A stretch of 62,579 bases of DNA, the filler included, from Catajapyx aquilonaris (taxonomy: Eukaryota): the NCBI GenBank assembly GCA_000934665.2. It is 2 parts of 2 records of this genome, joined end to end, with 100 filler letters (N's around TTAATTAATTAA, not from the genome) between each part and the next. Parts side by side here need not be neighbours in the genome. Positions count along the whole stretch, not along the records: positions 1 to 31,180 come from KZ539171.1; 1 more part is not named here. One strand, 5' to 3'. Made by a program: the position numbers and the translations under genes. The notes beneath the pieces were generated by a model. The model was not told where the DNA came from and made no database searches. It worked only from the letters and a program-made list of their open reading frames with translations. Shown here piece after piece: positions 1 to 12,357 of this stretch. Within the stretch, counting starts at the first letter, position 1. The number at the start of each line of letters is the position of its first letter.

Positions 1-720
1 TTGTGGAAGTCTTGTCTTTCATTTACTGTTCCTTAATGGATGTTTTGATAAAATTCGCAAAACCTATTTATGTCGTCCTAAACTGGGCTCCGCGCCCGGG
101 GCGGCGCGCCGCCCCGGGCGCGGAGCACTGCATTCACCTAAGCTCGTGTGACCTTGAACCCCAAAAATTTTCCGCCTGCGGCGGGCTTCCTCCCCCCCGA
201 GGGGGCCGAAATTCAGGCTGCTGGGGGGCGCCGGAAACCCCAGAACCGGGCCTGCATCTTGTAGGTCTAAAAACTGCGTCATTTTTAACATGTACATTCA
301 TACTGTCAAACACGTGATCTGTAGCTCGAGATCACGTTCCACTATACAAGTATCGATACAAGTATATAGGCATACATCATTCTGATTAGTGTGCTCTGTG
401 CTGTTCTCCATTCGACTCAGAGTTCTCGTTAATTATAGCCTGCATTTCTCACATGATAATAATTATGGACTCGAAATCATCAATCTCCAATATTAAAATC
501 AAATATAGGCTACCTGAAAGCGTCCCATCAGCAGTAATGATTATTATCATGCTCATATCCGGCTCCATATAGGCAGCTACATACAGCTATTGCAAGGTGT
601 GCTGGTCCATCTGCCAGGCTATTTGAGGTGTCATGTGTGTTGCCGAATATGTCTAGGGGCAGGACAATACGTCGTTACCGGTTGGTCCATACACATTTTC
701 GACTTGTGTATAATATAAAC

Positions 721-1141
721 ACTCACAATCAATATACGGTAATTGTTTGAAATTTACCACAAAAGCAAAAAGGATTATGAGGAGGAACGTAAACGAGTTG
801 AAGATAAGTAGACTATCTGTAAGATTTGTGTTCACTGCTGTTCAGTTATGTTCGTCATCTAATCCCAATCAAATTATGTCTTTAATGTGTGTGTGTGTGG
901 TTGTGTGTGTGTATGTTTTTTGTTTGTTTGTATAGCCTATACCGTGGGCATACAAGACCAAAAAAAACACACACACACACAATAAATTAAAGACATAATT
1001 TGATTGGGATTAGATGACGAACATAACTGAACACAAATCTTACAGATAGTCTACTTATCTTCAACTCGTTTACGTTCCTCCTCATAATCCTTTTTGCTTT
1101 TGTGCTAATTTTCAAACAATTACCATACATTGATTGTGAGT
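721..1141. repeat. Foldback element, ~200-bp inverted arms with an inner (GT)n/(AC)n tract
   Basis: 721-~935 is the reverse complement of ~947-1141. This produces the twin ORFs 747+ and 987-. Confidence 0.8.
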
Positions 1142-1310
1142 TTTTTTGCCTGACTGAAAGTTTTTTAAAGATTCTGTTCAATTTCTCTTGTTTTTACAAG
1201 GTCTTTAGGTCTGGAATATATTGTCGAAATATGTATAAATTAGTGATTCGCTAATGTTAGCCTGATTTGACAGTCTTTTATCTCGTCAATGCTGACTACG
1301 AAGTGATGTA

Positions 1311-1451
1311 CAATGTTGGTCATAGAATCTTGCTCGCCAGGCTTGTAGTACGTATATATACGTACTACAAGCCTGGCGAGCAAGATTCCTTCTTCTGCCG
1401 CTTAGGAAAATGTCGCTAGCAATAATATGCCTCGATTTACGACCAACACTG
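1311..1451. mobile_element. Small TA-flanked hairpin MITE family A, copy 1 (other copies 32148-32309 and 33725-33885)
   Basis: TIR CAGTGTTGGTCATA...TATGACCAACACTG, TA flanks, three related copies in the window. Confidence 0.75.
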
Positions 1452-2316
1452 TAGGCCTGGCCTACCGTGTAGACTATAGAGCATTGTTCGTCTCAATTGC
1501 ACTATGTGCTTAGTCTATACATTGTTCATTGTCAGTAACTTTTGAAAACTTTTATTTCATTACTGATATCTTTGTCGCAGCTTCTTCGTCTCCATTAAAA
1601 AAACCCGAGGTCTCAAGTATAATCTGAAAAAAAATTCTGAGGGGGAAAGAAAGTAAAGGTGTTAACCAAACTGAAATTAATTTAGTATCCGATATAAAAA
1701 CCCCATATTATGTTGTCATTTTTAGTTGCTCTCCCAGTCTCCCTCTATATGATAACTCACGCCGCGTGGATTGTATACTGTATACTGTACTGTAGGCTAC
1801 TACACTTCTTAGTCATACGCAACAGAGTAGTACTGTACATTACATTATGGGCCTAGAAGAATTCATGAACTTCTCGAGACCTCTGTTTGATGGCACGTTC
1901 AAACACTTGGTTAACTCGAGCAAAATAATAATTGGCAACGCTGAGCCATGGCCTATCTCACCGGCTATTTTTGTAGTATCGGCAAAGCCATTCACTAAAA
2001 CAATGAAATCATCAAAATACTTGGTTATTATACACTGGTCACGGGCATGCGTTGTGAAGGCCACTAAAATTCAACATTGCCTGTAGTCATGCAAAGTCAG
2101 TTCAATGAAACCAATATTATTGCTTAGTGAACACAGGGCATGTGAGCCCTTTTGAAAACATCGCTATGACAACGCCTTTGCCATTCAAATAGCGGCATCG
2201 ACGATGACTCTTGCCGCAATATCGATATGTCTTCACAAACGCATGCACCATCCATTAAAGCGGTAAGTAGTCCTATCAGTGCACCATACACTTCTCATGC
2301 ATGCATAACTCACTAA

Positions 2317-3009
2317 GGGGGCGCAGTAGCAAAAATACGGTAGAACGTATTCCGTAGGGAATTTAATAATTCTTTTGTGGCGAAACGAGTCGTTAATCCT
2401 GAAAACACGATGTAGGTGCCGTGCACAAAGGTTTGGCCTTTACAATGTTACCATACTCGACACGATTGCATTAAAATTGTGGACATACAGGTGAGGACGC
2501 GTGTCCGATTTTGTCGCGATTTATTCGCCATCAAATGGACTTTTCGGCAATTGTTTTCCTATCGCTTCACCTAGCCGTAAAGGTCATTTCTAGGCCGAAA
2601 ACTGAAAAAAGGCGATGTAACTTAGGTGCCCAGCTCCAGATCGTCTACTATTTTTTGATGAAATTTCTATCTCGATTGAACCATTTTTGAGGCCATACGG
2701 TTGCAGAAGCATAGACATGTCGAATAGTCCTCTGCTGATACATATAAGTTTGTTGGGGTCGCCGCCAGGGGCGCTAATTGTCGCAGGAGAGACACGAAGC
2801 TACAACGCGAGTCTATAAGGTTCGAAAGTAGGGCGGGAACTGGGGTAAGGCGTCATGGCAACGGGAGGGGGATTGGTTGAGAGAGGGCAACAATTGCCTT
2901 CTATTGTTGTAAAACAATTATTGGGTAGGCTCACTTCGACAGCTATAGCTGAAGAGTCATCTGTTTATTGCATCTCGTTGGTTTATTGTATGTTTTCTAC
3001 TGCGCCCCC
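2317..3009. mobile_element. Non-autonomous DNA transposon with GGGGGCGCAGTAG TIRs (Kolobok- or Harbinger-like)
   Basis: TIRs at 2317-2329 and 2997-3009; flanks CTAA and TTCA resemble a TTAA TSD. Confidence 0.6.
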
Positions 3010-3013
3010 TTCA

Positions 3014-3924
3014 GGGCGCCGGATACCTATGCGATTTTTCAGAATCACGGGTCAAGTTTGGCCGAGTCACGGGTGCAGCGTTCTCTTTGCACCCCCGATG
3101 CGGGCGTCTCGCTGGAGGTACGGACCTGAAATTTTCACAGCATGGCAAGGAAGGGCCAATTGAACCCCCAACGGAGTTTCGATCAATTATAATAATAATT
3201 TTGAGATCTACAAGGGGATGAGTTTTGGAAAAGCTGCTCATGACATCTTGGCTCCGGATTCGAATTTCGGAAATATCTCGAAGTTGTGCGATGGAAAGAG
3301 TTGTCCTCTCTTACTCCTCCAAAGTGCGATTACTTTGGGCTATTGGTTTTTGCACAGCGCCAGCTATTTAAACGGTTTCACCACCTCACCTCGTAAAATC
3401 GGAGGGAGTACTTCCGAAATAGAACAGTTGGTTCCCTGTTGCCCACGTGCTTTTTAAATTATTTAGCTCGAACCGGTTCCCTGGCAACCTGGACAGGGAA
3501 CCAAACCAACTGTTCTACGTTCGAAAGTACTCCGCCGATTTTACGAGGTGAGGTGGTGAAGCCGTTTTAAAAGCTGTGCAAAAACCAATGGGCCAAATTA
3601 ATCGGGCTTTGGAGGAGTAAGAGAGGACAACTTTTGCCATGGCACACCTTCGAGATATTTCCCAAATTCTAATCCGGAGCCAAGATGTCGTGAGCCGTTT
3701 TCAAAAACTCTTCCCCTTGTAGATCTCGCAATTATTATTCTAATGGATCGAAACTCCGTCGGGGGTTCAATTGGCCCTTCTCCGCCATGCTGTGAAAATG
3801 TCAGGTCCGTACCTCCAGCGAGACGCCCGCATCGGGGGTGCAAAGAGAACGCTGCACCCGTGACTCGGCCAAACCTGGGACGCGATTCTGAAAAATCGCA
3901 TAGGTATCCGGCGCGGCGGCGCCC
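3014..3924. mobile_element. Long-TIR foldback MITE (~450-bp arms)
   Basis: GGGCGCCGGATACCTATGCG... is mirrored by ...CGCATAGGTATCCGGCGC..GGCGCCC. Twin ORFs 2855+/3767- and 3011-/3743+ arise from the arms. Confidence 0.85.
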
Positions 3925-4052
3925 TTACGGTAATGATAGCAAATAAGGTGATAGTCCTATATAAAGTGCTCACTAAATCATACAGAACTAGCGCTAATGG
4001 TATGGATGGAAATGTTTGTTCCTTAGTTGGTGCAACCTCATTCATAGCAAAA

Positions 4053-7000
4053 ATGTATCCTGGGGAGTACCCGAGGTCCCGGGTGGCTGTTCCATCTGGA
4101 TGGACCAGAAAACAAAATACTATTGTCCCAGTCACCACTTCTTTGGAACGTGAGTTGCGAGACCATCAGAATACGCTCTTTCGTTCCGGATTGAGAAACA
4201 ACTACTTGAAAGAAGAGCCGCAAACAATACAGTCACGCGTGAAAAAGGCAGCACATGCTGGATACCAGTGCGTCAAGGAGTACAACGACAACACCTCTTT
4301 GCATGGATTAAAATATATCACTGAAGAAACGAACTTCTGGTGGGAAAGGTATTATGAGAGTATTTTTGGGCCGGTAGCCCCTAAGACCGTAGCATAGCAT
4401 TTCAACAATGAATTTTTCCAACATGTTCTTGTTAAGTTTTTTTATTCGCCCTAACTCAGTTCTGCTGCAGGTAGAGCTTCCACATTATGAACACAGATCC
4501 CCACCGTAGTGAAGTGCATTCCTATACCATATTATATCTCAACTGACTTCCTCTTCAAAACGGCGCAAAAAATTAAAACCACTAAAAATACGTTTTTATT
4601 TTTCCCCTCAATAACTATTCTGAATTCGGTTTCTTCTTCAAAGGGCAATGTGTTCAATGTGCAGTAGGATGGTGCGGATGTATGTTCAAAACCCCACAGT
4701 TCTACCCGCTACAGGATTGGAGTTATAATTTTCTTTCCCCAATTTTTTCCGTCCTTACTTCATTTGTTCATGATGCCATCACCTATAGCAACGTCAATTC
4801 TTGTTTATTAACGTGCCATAATATTATTATTGTATTGTTTTTGACCAAATGTTACCCCGCTGCTCTTGGGTGAACGTATTGTACTTGTTACAGTTGAATC
4901 CGGATATAACAGCCTCGGCTATAACAGACTTTTTGGTTGTAAAGGCTGGTCCCAGCTTGCTTCCATAAGGCCCTGTGTTGCTGTGTATGATACTCCTGAT
5001 ATAACAGACTTATTTTCACCTCACCTGTCACCTCGGGTATAACATACCATTTCTTGGCCCCTCGGTGGGAAAATATATAGTTTTCGAGGTATAAAATAAT
5101 TATGCAAAAAGGAGACGGCAGAAGAAAATTTCTGATATTTTGGTCCTGCATTTTTTTTCGGATGAGCTTGTATTTTTGACAGATTTCATTAATCGGTATG
5201 TAGCCTAGTAGTACGTATAGAGGCGTATGGAAAGCAGAAGTCTCTGTTTTCGTTACACATGTGACGATTTGGCTATAACAGACTTTTTCTGCGGTCTCTT
5301 GAAGTCTGTTTTATCTGGATTCAACTGTAACTACTATTAACCCTTTCGCTATACTGCATCGTCATCGCCAAGTATTACCAGCCAATTCTTAAGTTGATTT
5401 AATTCTGAAATTATGTTACAGGATACGGAATATCTACGTTGAGAAACATGCCTGACGAATATGTTGAAATCGTCACATTTCGCGAAAATTAAATAAGTTT
5501 GGGAGTTTGGGAGCCGCATATAAGTATTGATTTAACTCTTGCAAAGTACCACGATTTCAGCAAATTCGTCTAGTACGGTTCTCAATGTAGATATTCCGTA
5601 TATTTTAACGTATAGTCTATAGTCTATTTCATAATTATTAAATCAGACTAACAGAGGTTTTATTTATATATAAAAAAAACTGAACCCATCCTCCCATACT
5701 TGGAAATTTTCGCTCCTGAAAATGCAGAATCCAATCCAAAAGGACCCTCGAAAATTCACCAATTCACGTTTACATGTGAAAAATTAAACATTATACTGTA
5801 GTTAAAATCAGCATCTAAAAGAGGTGACGATTCTGCATAAATGTTTCATGGCAATAAATTCGCATCAATCGTATCGAAATTCAATGTGCTTAATATTGAA
5901 GTTCCGAGTTTCAGAAAGCACTTTTATGTACTGGCTCATGGAAAATCATTGGGTGGAATTTTCGTCGTACTACAGTATGCCTACTAGCAACTATAGTTAC
6001 TGCTAACTTAGCAGTACCATTGCACTACACTGGCATACTGCTAAGTTAGAAGTAACTAGTAGTACGATGAAAATTCCACCCATTGTTTTCAGAAAGGAGA
6101 CTGTCTTTCTTCATGAGCAGTAAATTGGAAATTGCTTGAGCAAGACCTATTGGTACAGTTTAAATATTTTTTTCCCCGTACCCCTTGATGGCCCTCTATG
6201 GGCCTTTCGGGGGGTGGCCTACCACCATTCGGTTTTCAGTTTTCTACTTTTCTTCGAACTCCGGTGCAAGGATTACTAGGAAATAGAGTAAGGGTTGGGG
6301 ATTTTTGGGGAGGGGACACAGGTGCAGGTGCATTGTCCAGCGGTGGGCCAGGTGCAGTCCCCCAGGAGGCCAGGTTGCCAAGACGCCTCCTCAGGCGCGG
6401 GTCACGACCCATTGACGCAAGCGAAAGGTTTGTTCCCGGGCGGGGATTAGAACCCGGGACCTTTCGCATAGCAAGCCGAGACGTTACCATCTCGTCCACC
6501 GTGCCTTCCCCCGTTTAAATCAATATTGGTGACGGTCTTACGTGCGTCTGCCTTGTTTCAGTAGAATACGTTCATTCCGCCACGGAGGTCCTACTACTCT
6601 TTTTTCACTGAATGGAATGTTTTTGCTCTTATACGCAATAGCTCTACACAGATCATAACAATGCCGTTATGCCATGGCTAATAACAATCATTTCAGAATA
6701 ATTTGGCTCATGGTCTGCTGCCTGGCACTATCCGGAGCTGTTGCATTGTTGACACCCATTTTTAAGTCGTACCTTGGAACCCCGACAGTGACGAGCATAT
6801 TCTCGACAGCGGTTCCAATCTGGGAAATTCCATTTCCTGCAGTTACAATATGCAACATCAACAAGGCGAGAAAGGACAATGTACACAACGTGATCAAGCA
6901 GTCACCGTGAGTGTCATGTTCTTGTTCATCTAGTGTCTCTGTGACATCACTCACTATCACTAAGTCAATCATCATCATTATCACATTAATGACATTATGC

Positions 7001-9369
7001 TATACCACTTGAATGTGCCCTTAAAATCAGATTGAGCTCACTCTCTCATTCTGAATCGTCTTCCCATGTAAAGTACAGTGATGGATATAATTAATATTAG
7101 CAGTCCCTAAATGTTTACTTAGTTGCTAGGTAACGCCAGCCACCTATGCCGAAAAATAAACATTTAGGGACTGCTAATATGTCCAGCACTGTACAATCTA
7201 TTGGTTGATGTTTCAGGTGGACTAACTATTCTGGAAAAGTGCTTGAGCGAATGATCGACTACATGGCAATGGTCGGACATGTGGCGTACTACCCTTCGAA
7301 ATATGACGCGGCACTGGAACAAGTCATCAATGAACAAAATGAAAATGTGGATGATCTGATGAAGTCTGTACGTATACATATAACCAAGAGCTAATGATAT
7401 ACTGTCTTCCTAGATGTTTCTGACAATTCCGTTTTAGGTGACCAATCAACACCTATCTAGGGAGTGGAGAAGAATGCTGTGAATACTGCGTCTCGTAGCA
7501 AACCGAGTAATGTGTTATTGCGTTTTTCGTAACAGGTGATCCAACCGTTGGACGAAATGGTCAAGAAGTGCTGGTGGATTGGACGACAGCGAAATTGTTC
7601 CGACCTCTTTGAGCTTCGAGTGACGGACGCAGGCTACTGTTGGAGCTTCAACTCTGAGCCAATGAGACCAAACCCCAGCGATTCTGATGCCAGGTGAAGC
7701 CAAGACGCAATAGCCTCAGATTGTGTTGTAGATTCGTTTTTCGCCTAGCCACGTGTCAAAATATTAAATCAGCATTTCCCCCCCAGCCTCGACACCATGT
7801 ACGACACTCAGGCAGGAGACGTCGGCGTCCCTTCTCCACGGAAGAAACCAGCAGGTGGTAGTAGGCGCTCTGAGTCGGAGACAGATTTTATTCCCAAGGT
7901 GGTCAACGGAGCTGGTCCCAACATGGGGTTGACAGTCATGATGGATCCCGAGCTTGATCAGGAGTTCGCCAGTAGCGGTTTCATCGACGGGTTCAGGGTG
8001 AGCATGCTGTCTGAACAAAATGTGACACTGATTGTTCTGCTTTTCATGTCTTCATATGTTTCTATCGGTTATTTCTTAGTGTGTGTATTATCTGATTCTG
8101 TACACGACAGGTGCTGGTTCATAATCCGTACAATTTCCCGAGCGTGGCCACCAAGTCGTTCTTGGCCAATCCTGGGAAGGAGATCTTTGTGTCCGTTCGA
8201 CCCGTCTTCATGGACAGCACGATAGAAGTCCAGAAAACCTCGAAAGAAAGCAGGGATTGTAGGTATCCAGAAGAGGTCAAGCTCAAGTTCTACTCCTATT
8301 ACAGCTACTCAAACTGCTTCCTAGAGTGTCAGGTAGAGTCCATGAGAAGGACATGCGGGTGCGTGCCATACCTCTACGCATCCCTCAGTGAGTTTTTGTC
8401 GCATATAGTAGAATATCATCTCAGTGTTGTGTCTCATTTCCGATCTTTATTTTAGGAGATGCCAAGCTATGTAATTACAATGGGACGCTCTGCATTAACA
8501 ACAACTCAAGTATACTGCTTGCATTATTTGCTTGTTGCCGTTTTCGTAGTTGATAATATTATTAATAATTAATGTTCTGTACATACAGAGAAGTTCGCTG
8601 CGATTAAACCGGATTCGAACGACAATCTAGAGGGCTTAAACACATCGTTGCCAAATATGGCGTGCAAATGCATGCCTAGCTGCGAAGAAGAGGCTTACTT
8701 CCCTGAAGTCAGCAATGCCAACTTCCCCATGTATGTGGATGATCTGGAAGACTTGGAAGGAGTTAATGAGTAAGCTTTAAATGCATAGCAATCAAAACTA
8801 AATAATCAAAATCACATTTTTAAATCCAGGAAAACCTTGGTTTTGCTGAGAGTCTTTTTCAAGGATTTGACCTTCGTGCAATACAGCCGAAACCTACAGT
8901 TCACAACAACCAGCCTGATTGGTAAGTTGAATGTTTCATACCACTGCTTACTATACATATTTCTAGTAAAAATTTTATGCTAACTTATTATTATATATTT
9001 TTCACATTTGAATAAGTCGCACTGTGGGCTACAGCATAACACCAAGATAACACCCATCAAATGTTATCCCGAGTTCGTTACTGTACAGCAGCCTACATAC
9101 AATACAGTCCTGCATGTAATGTCTGCCAGGGTGGGGCCGTGGTGGTTGTAGAACATGGGGTTGTAACCTATAGTCTACTTATTCTTATAATATTTTTAAA
9201 TGAACTTGCAGCTGCATTTGGAGGATTGGTCGGCCTCTTCCTTGGATTTAGTTTTGTGAGTGCAGCTGAGATGGTATATTTCTTCACAATTAGGCCATTT
9301 ACGCACTGGTATAAGAATAAGAAGAAAGCATCCGATCAAGTGAATCCGAACTTGCCCCGTTTCAGGTAA
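4053..9369 (+). CDS. ppk: Pickpocket (DEG/ENaC amiloride-sensitive Na+ channel family) protein, ~595 aa, 10 coding exons
   Basis: Exons 4053-4348, 6697-6906, 7217-7367, 7536-7693, 7787-7997, 8111-8387, 8456-8509, 8589-8769, 8830-8921, 9212-9369. All introns are GT-AG, phases are consistent, and the total of 1788 nt is open. Motifs: TSLHGLKY (HG motif), TM1 IIWLMVCCLALSGAVALL, PFPAVTICN, TDAGYCWSFN, Cys-rich YSYSNCFLEC..CGCVP..CKCMPSC, TM2 AFGGLVGLFLGFSFVSAAE. AATAAA at 9445. Family is certain; exact paralog not assigned; start ATG inferred. Confidence 0.93.
4891..5327. mobile_element. Tc1/pogo-type MITE in ppk intron 1
   Basis: TA-CAGTTGAATCCGGATATAACAG...CTGTTTTATCTGGATTCAACTG-TA, with internal TATAACAGACT repeats. 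Confidence 0.8.
5951..6081. mobile_element. Small hairpin MITE (PIF/Harbinger-like); related copy ~49945-50050
   Basis: TIR GGGTGGAATTTTC..GAAAATTCCACCC with 3-bp ATT on both flanks. Confidence 0.65.
6166..6512 (-). mobile_element. tRNA-derived SINE, family 1
   Basis: Head with A box TGGACGAGATGG and B box GGTTCTAATCC, A-rich tail, candidate TSD GTTTAAAT (6158/6513). Homologous to 36968-37312. Confidence 0.8.
7076..7191. mobile_element. Small TA-flanked hairpin MITE in ppk intron 2
   Basis: TACAGTGATGGA...TCCAGCACTGTA ends; internal perfect 24-bp inverted repeat at 7094-7117/7157-7180. Confidence 0.65.
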
Positions 9370-11149
9370 AAATCAGCACCAAAAAGCACTGTTGTTAGTT
9401 TTTAAACATTTGCAAATGTCATCAAAAATTGAATGTACCAACGTAATAAAGAGATGCCAGTTTTTCTCTCTGTATATAAGACTGGTTATGCGGTACCGTA
9501 TACTTAGTTACTCGTATATACAGTTGCCACCAAATTAGACCCTATAAAAACTATTTCAGCAAATCTGTCCTTCACAAAATGGGGAAAGTTGACAAAACAG
9601 TCAAATCTGCTTAGCAAAAGCCATGATAGGCTTTAACGAGGTGTAAATGACTTAGTGAGTCCGTTATTGTACACCGACACGTAAGTCCGGTATTCTGCAT
9701 GTCCGTTGTACAGTCAGGCACATAGTGATGTCCCCCCTTCTATCTATCTATAGTATGATAGATTCTGCCAAAGTTATTATGTTGGCATTGGTTTTTATGG
9801 AATCTTAAAGTGCAGTTGCCAGTCGTACGAGATGGAACCATGGAATACGTGATTCTCTATTTGAAAGAAAATTATATTCACCCAGCAGCTATAGCCTACA
9901 TTTCTTACAATCCAGGGTTAGCATAGTAGTGACTTCGCAATTCACATTCGGATGAAATATTTATTACTTGAAAAATCTTCATCGGCGTTAACTGAAAGAA
10001 TGCACTGTCGTGAATAAAAGCAGTTCTAGTTTTTAAATAAATACAAACAAAACCAGTAGATGCACTCGTGCACGTTTATTACCATACCTTTTGCTGGAAT
10101 GTCATGTGTACAGTAGGCCTACGGTAGTTGACCATGTTCCACCTGAGGATATGCGGAGTGTGCGCGAAGTCGGGGTGCTAGCTCAAGGCATTTTTACTAT
10201 TTACACTCAAAAATTTATACTCGAAATAGGGGATCGTCGATAAATTGATACGTTATCTTTCACATTTCTGCTTTAATTGAATCATATTCCACTAAACTAA
10301 CAAATTGACTTAAAGTGATTGCTTTCAATTTTGACATATGGAATTAATTTGAATGGACCTATGGAATTCAGAGATGGGCACCATGCAATTAAAAATTGCG
10401 TAACTTTTAAATTTTAATTCATTAGAGAAATAGCAGCGTCGTCATTCATTTCAAGATGACCAGATTCCATGTTTGGGCTGTCTAGGCCGTTATTGCAGTG
10501 ATTGTTTTGCTATGCTTAAAATACTTTTAACCAATCACGAAAAGGGCGCAAATAAGCGCTGAAATATTGTCACATCACTTCACCTTCCTTTTCAATTTTA
10601 TTCGCTTCACTGCTATAATTAGCTATTCTTCGACTAGTATCTAAAACCTTTGCACCATGTGGCTATATTGTTTATTGTTTTAGTTTTTTAAAATACGGAC
10701 ATAGCGATTTTGAGCGGTAATTTATAAGTCGCCTTACGTCCGTATATCGATGGGAGGGACCTTTTTCCAGCACATTACATCCGCTCTCCTTAATGGGAAT
10801 GTTTCAGGGTTAAAAGGTGTATCAAGACACTGAAGCAAACACTATAGGACATGATCCTTTACTTTTGTCACTGGCAAGAAAAAAATAGTTACATTCTGCG
10901 ATAAAACTATGAAGCTTTCTATTGCATTCACCGACATCCTGCCATTAGATGGCATCGGACCTCGTTAGGAACACAAGAATAACAAACAGCAAAAAACTCT
11001 TGTACCTTCAACAACACAATTATGTACACCGAAATAATCTCAACAACTTGTCCACTCTTTCCCATTTTGGAAACTTTAAAATGACTCGTATTTATTACTT
11101 CTTGATAAAAAGCGTATTATCGGCTCAACAATTCACGCTGCTTCCTTTC

Positions 11150-11475
11150 GCACTCCATCGGTGGTTATATTGACACTTTCGACTACAACTTGTGAGTACA
11201 ACCTGCTACACATTTATACAAGAGAAGTTAATAGTCCAAATGAAAGACTGAACTATCGGACGGTGTGCGGAGTACTGGGATCTATCACAATACAAACTAA
11301 GGTTGTCTCTCATAACCACGCACGGAGATGTATAGGAAGACACTTTGTCGAGAGGTGGACTATTCCTCTCGACAACCGTGCATAGAGCGATGTGTACAAA
11401 GTTTGCCTGCACTGTCATGACTAGAATGTTCAACTGGGAACTCCTATAATGTTGCTCCGTAATCTTAACGCCAAC
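11150..11475 (+). pseudogene. Decayed PIF1-type (Helitron RepHel) helicase fragment
   Basis: 11431-11472 reads QLGTPIMLLRNLNA, matching the G.PIMLLRNL motif of Helitron/PIF1 helicases. Surrounding frames are broken by stops. Confidence 0.6.
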
Positions 11476-12357
11476 AATGTATGAAATAATGCCTTACACA
11501 TCCGCCAATGGAGGGGGACGCCAGTCACAAAATGTTGGCCCTGCATGGCGGATTTATTTGTAAAAAGTAACACTACAACGTTACGTGTACGAAAATAATT
11601 GCTTAAAAAAAGTAGATATTAGAGGACACGTCTTATGTCTTCTCTCGTGCGAAATATGCCGCATCGTGGCACTATTTGCGACTGCATAATGCAATCGTGT
11701 GACACCCCCACACACAACTCGTTAGCTGCCCTTAAAATAACGCCGATTTTGGCACTCAATGGCTCATCATGGACATTGTTGGCACACGTAAGCAGTTACT
11801 TGCAAGTTGCAATAAAATTTGATTCTGACATCCCGAGAATACTAGTTGCATGTATGGCCACAGGTTGTACTGGACTCTTGTTCAGTATTATTAACAATTA
11901 ACAATGAAAATGCATGGAAGTGCAGTCCCCATTCATCCAATTACGAATTTACTGTATTGTACAGGCTTGGTAGCGCGTGAAATTCATTAACAACTCATTA
12001 AATCATGATGGTAATTACTTTTCTGTATTGCCTATGTAGCTTGTTGTAGGCAGCTTTGTAACCAGCTGTTCGGAAGACATGTTTCTCTCCTGGAATAAAC
12101 AATCAACAACAATAACTCTAGTTTTGGAAGCAACATTAAAAATACAGAATTACATTATTTTGCTGTATATCGAATTCAACTCAGTCGGTGGTGAGTTAGT
12201 GGCATCGGTGTATGACAAGAACGACGAATTGACTGAAGGTCAATTGGATTTTCAGTCTTCTCACAGTCAGTAAAAACGGGCTTGCTCGAGCCATTCGCAA
12301 TCCTCTTCAATGACACGCATGTGCAGCTCAAAAAATAAATATACGACACAACGCCGA

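Noticed and set aside
747..4138. Pairs of near-identical short ORFs on opposite strands
   Set aside because: By-products of inverted-repeat arms, not gene duplicates.
6420..6512. tRNA-like heads at 6420-6512, 36968-37045 and 41490-41557
   Set aside because: Stems are eroded and each is followed by a SINE body and tail, so they are not tRNA genes.
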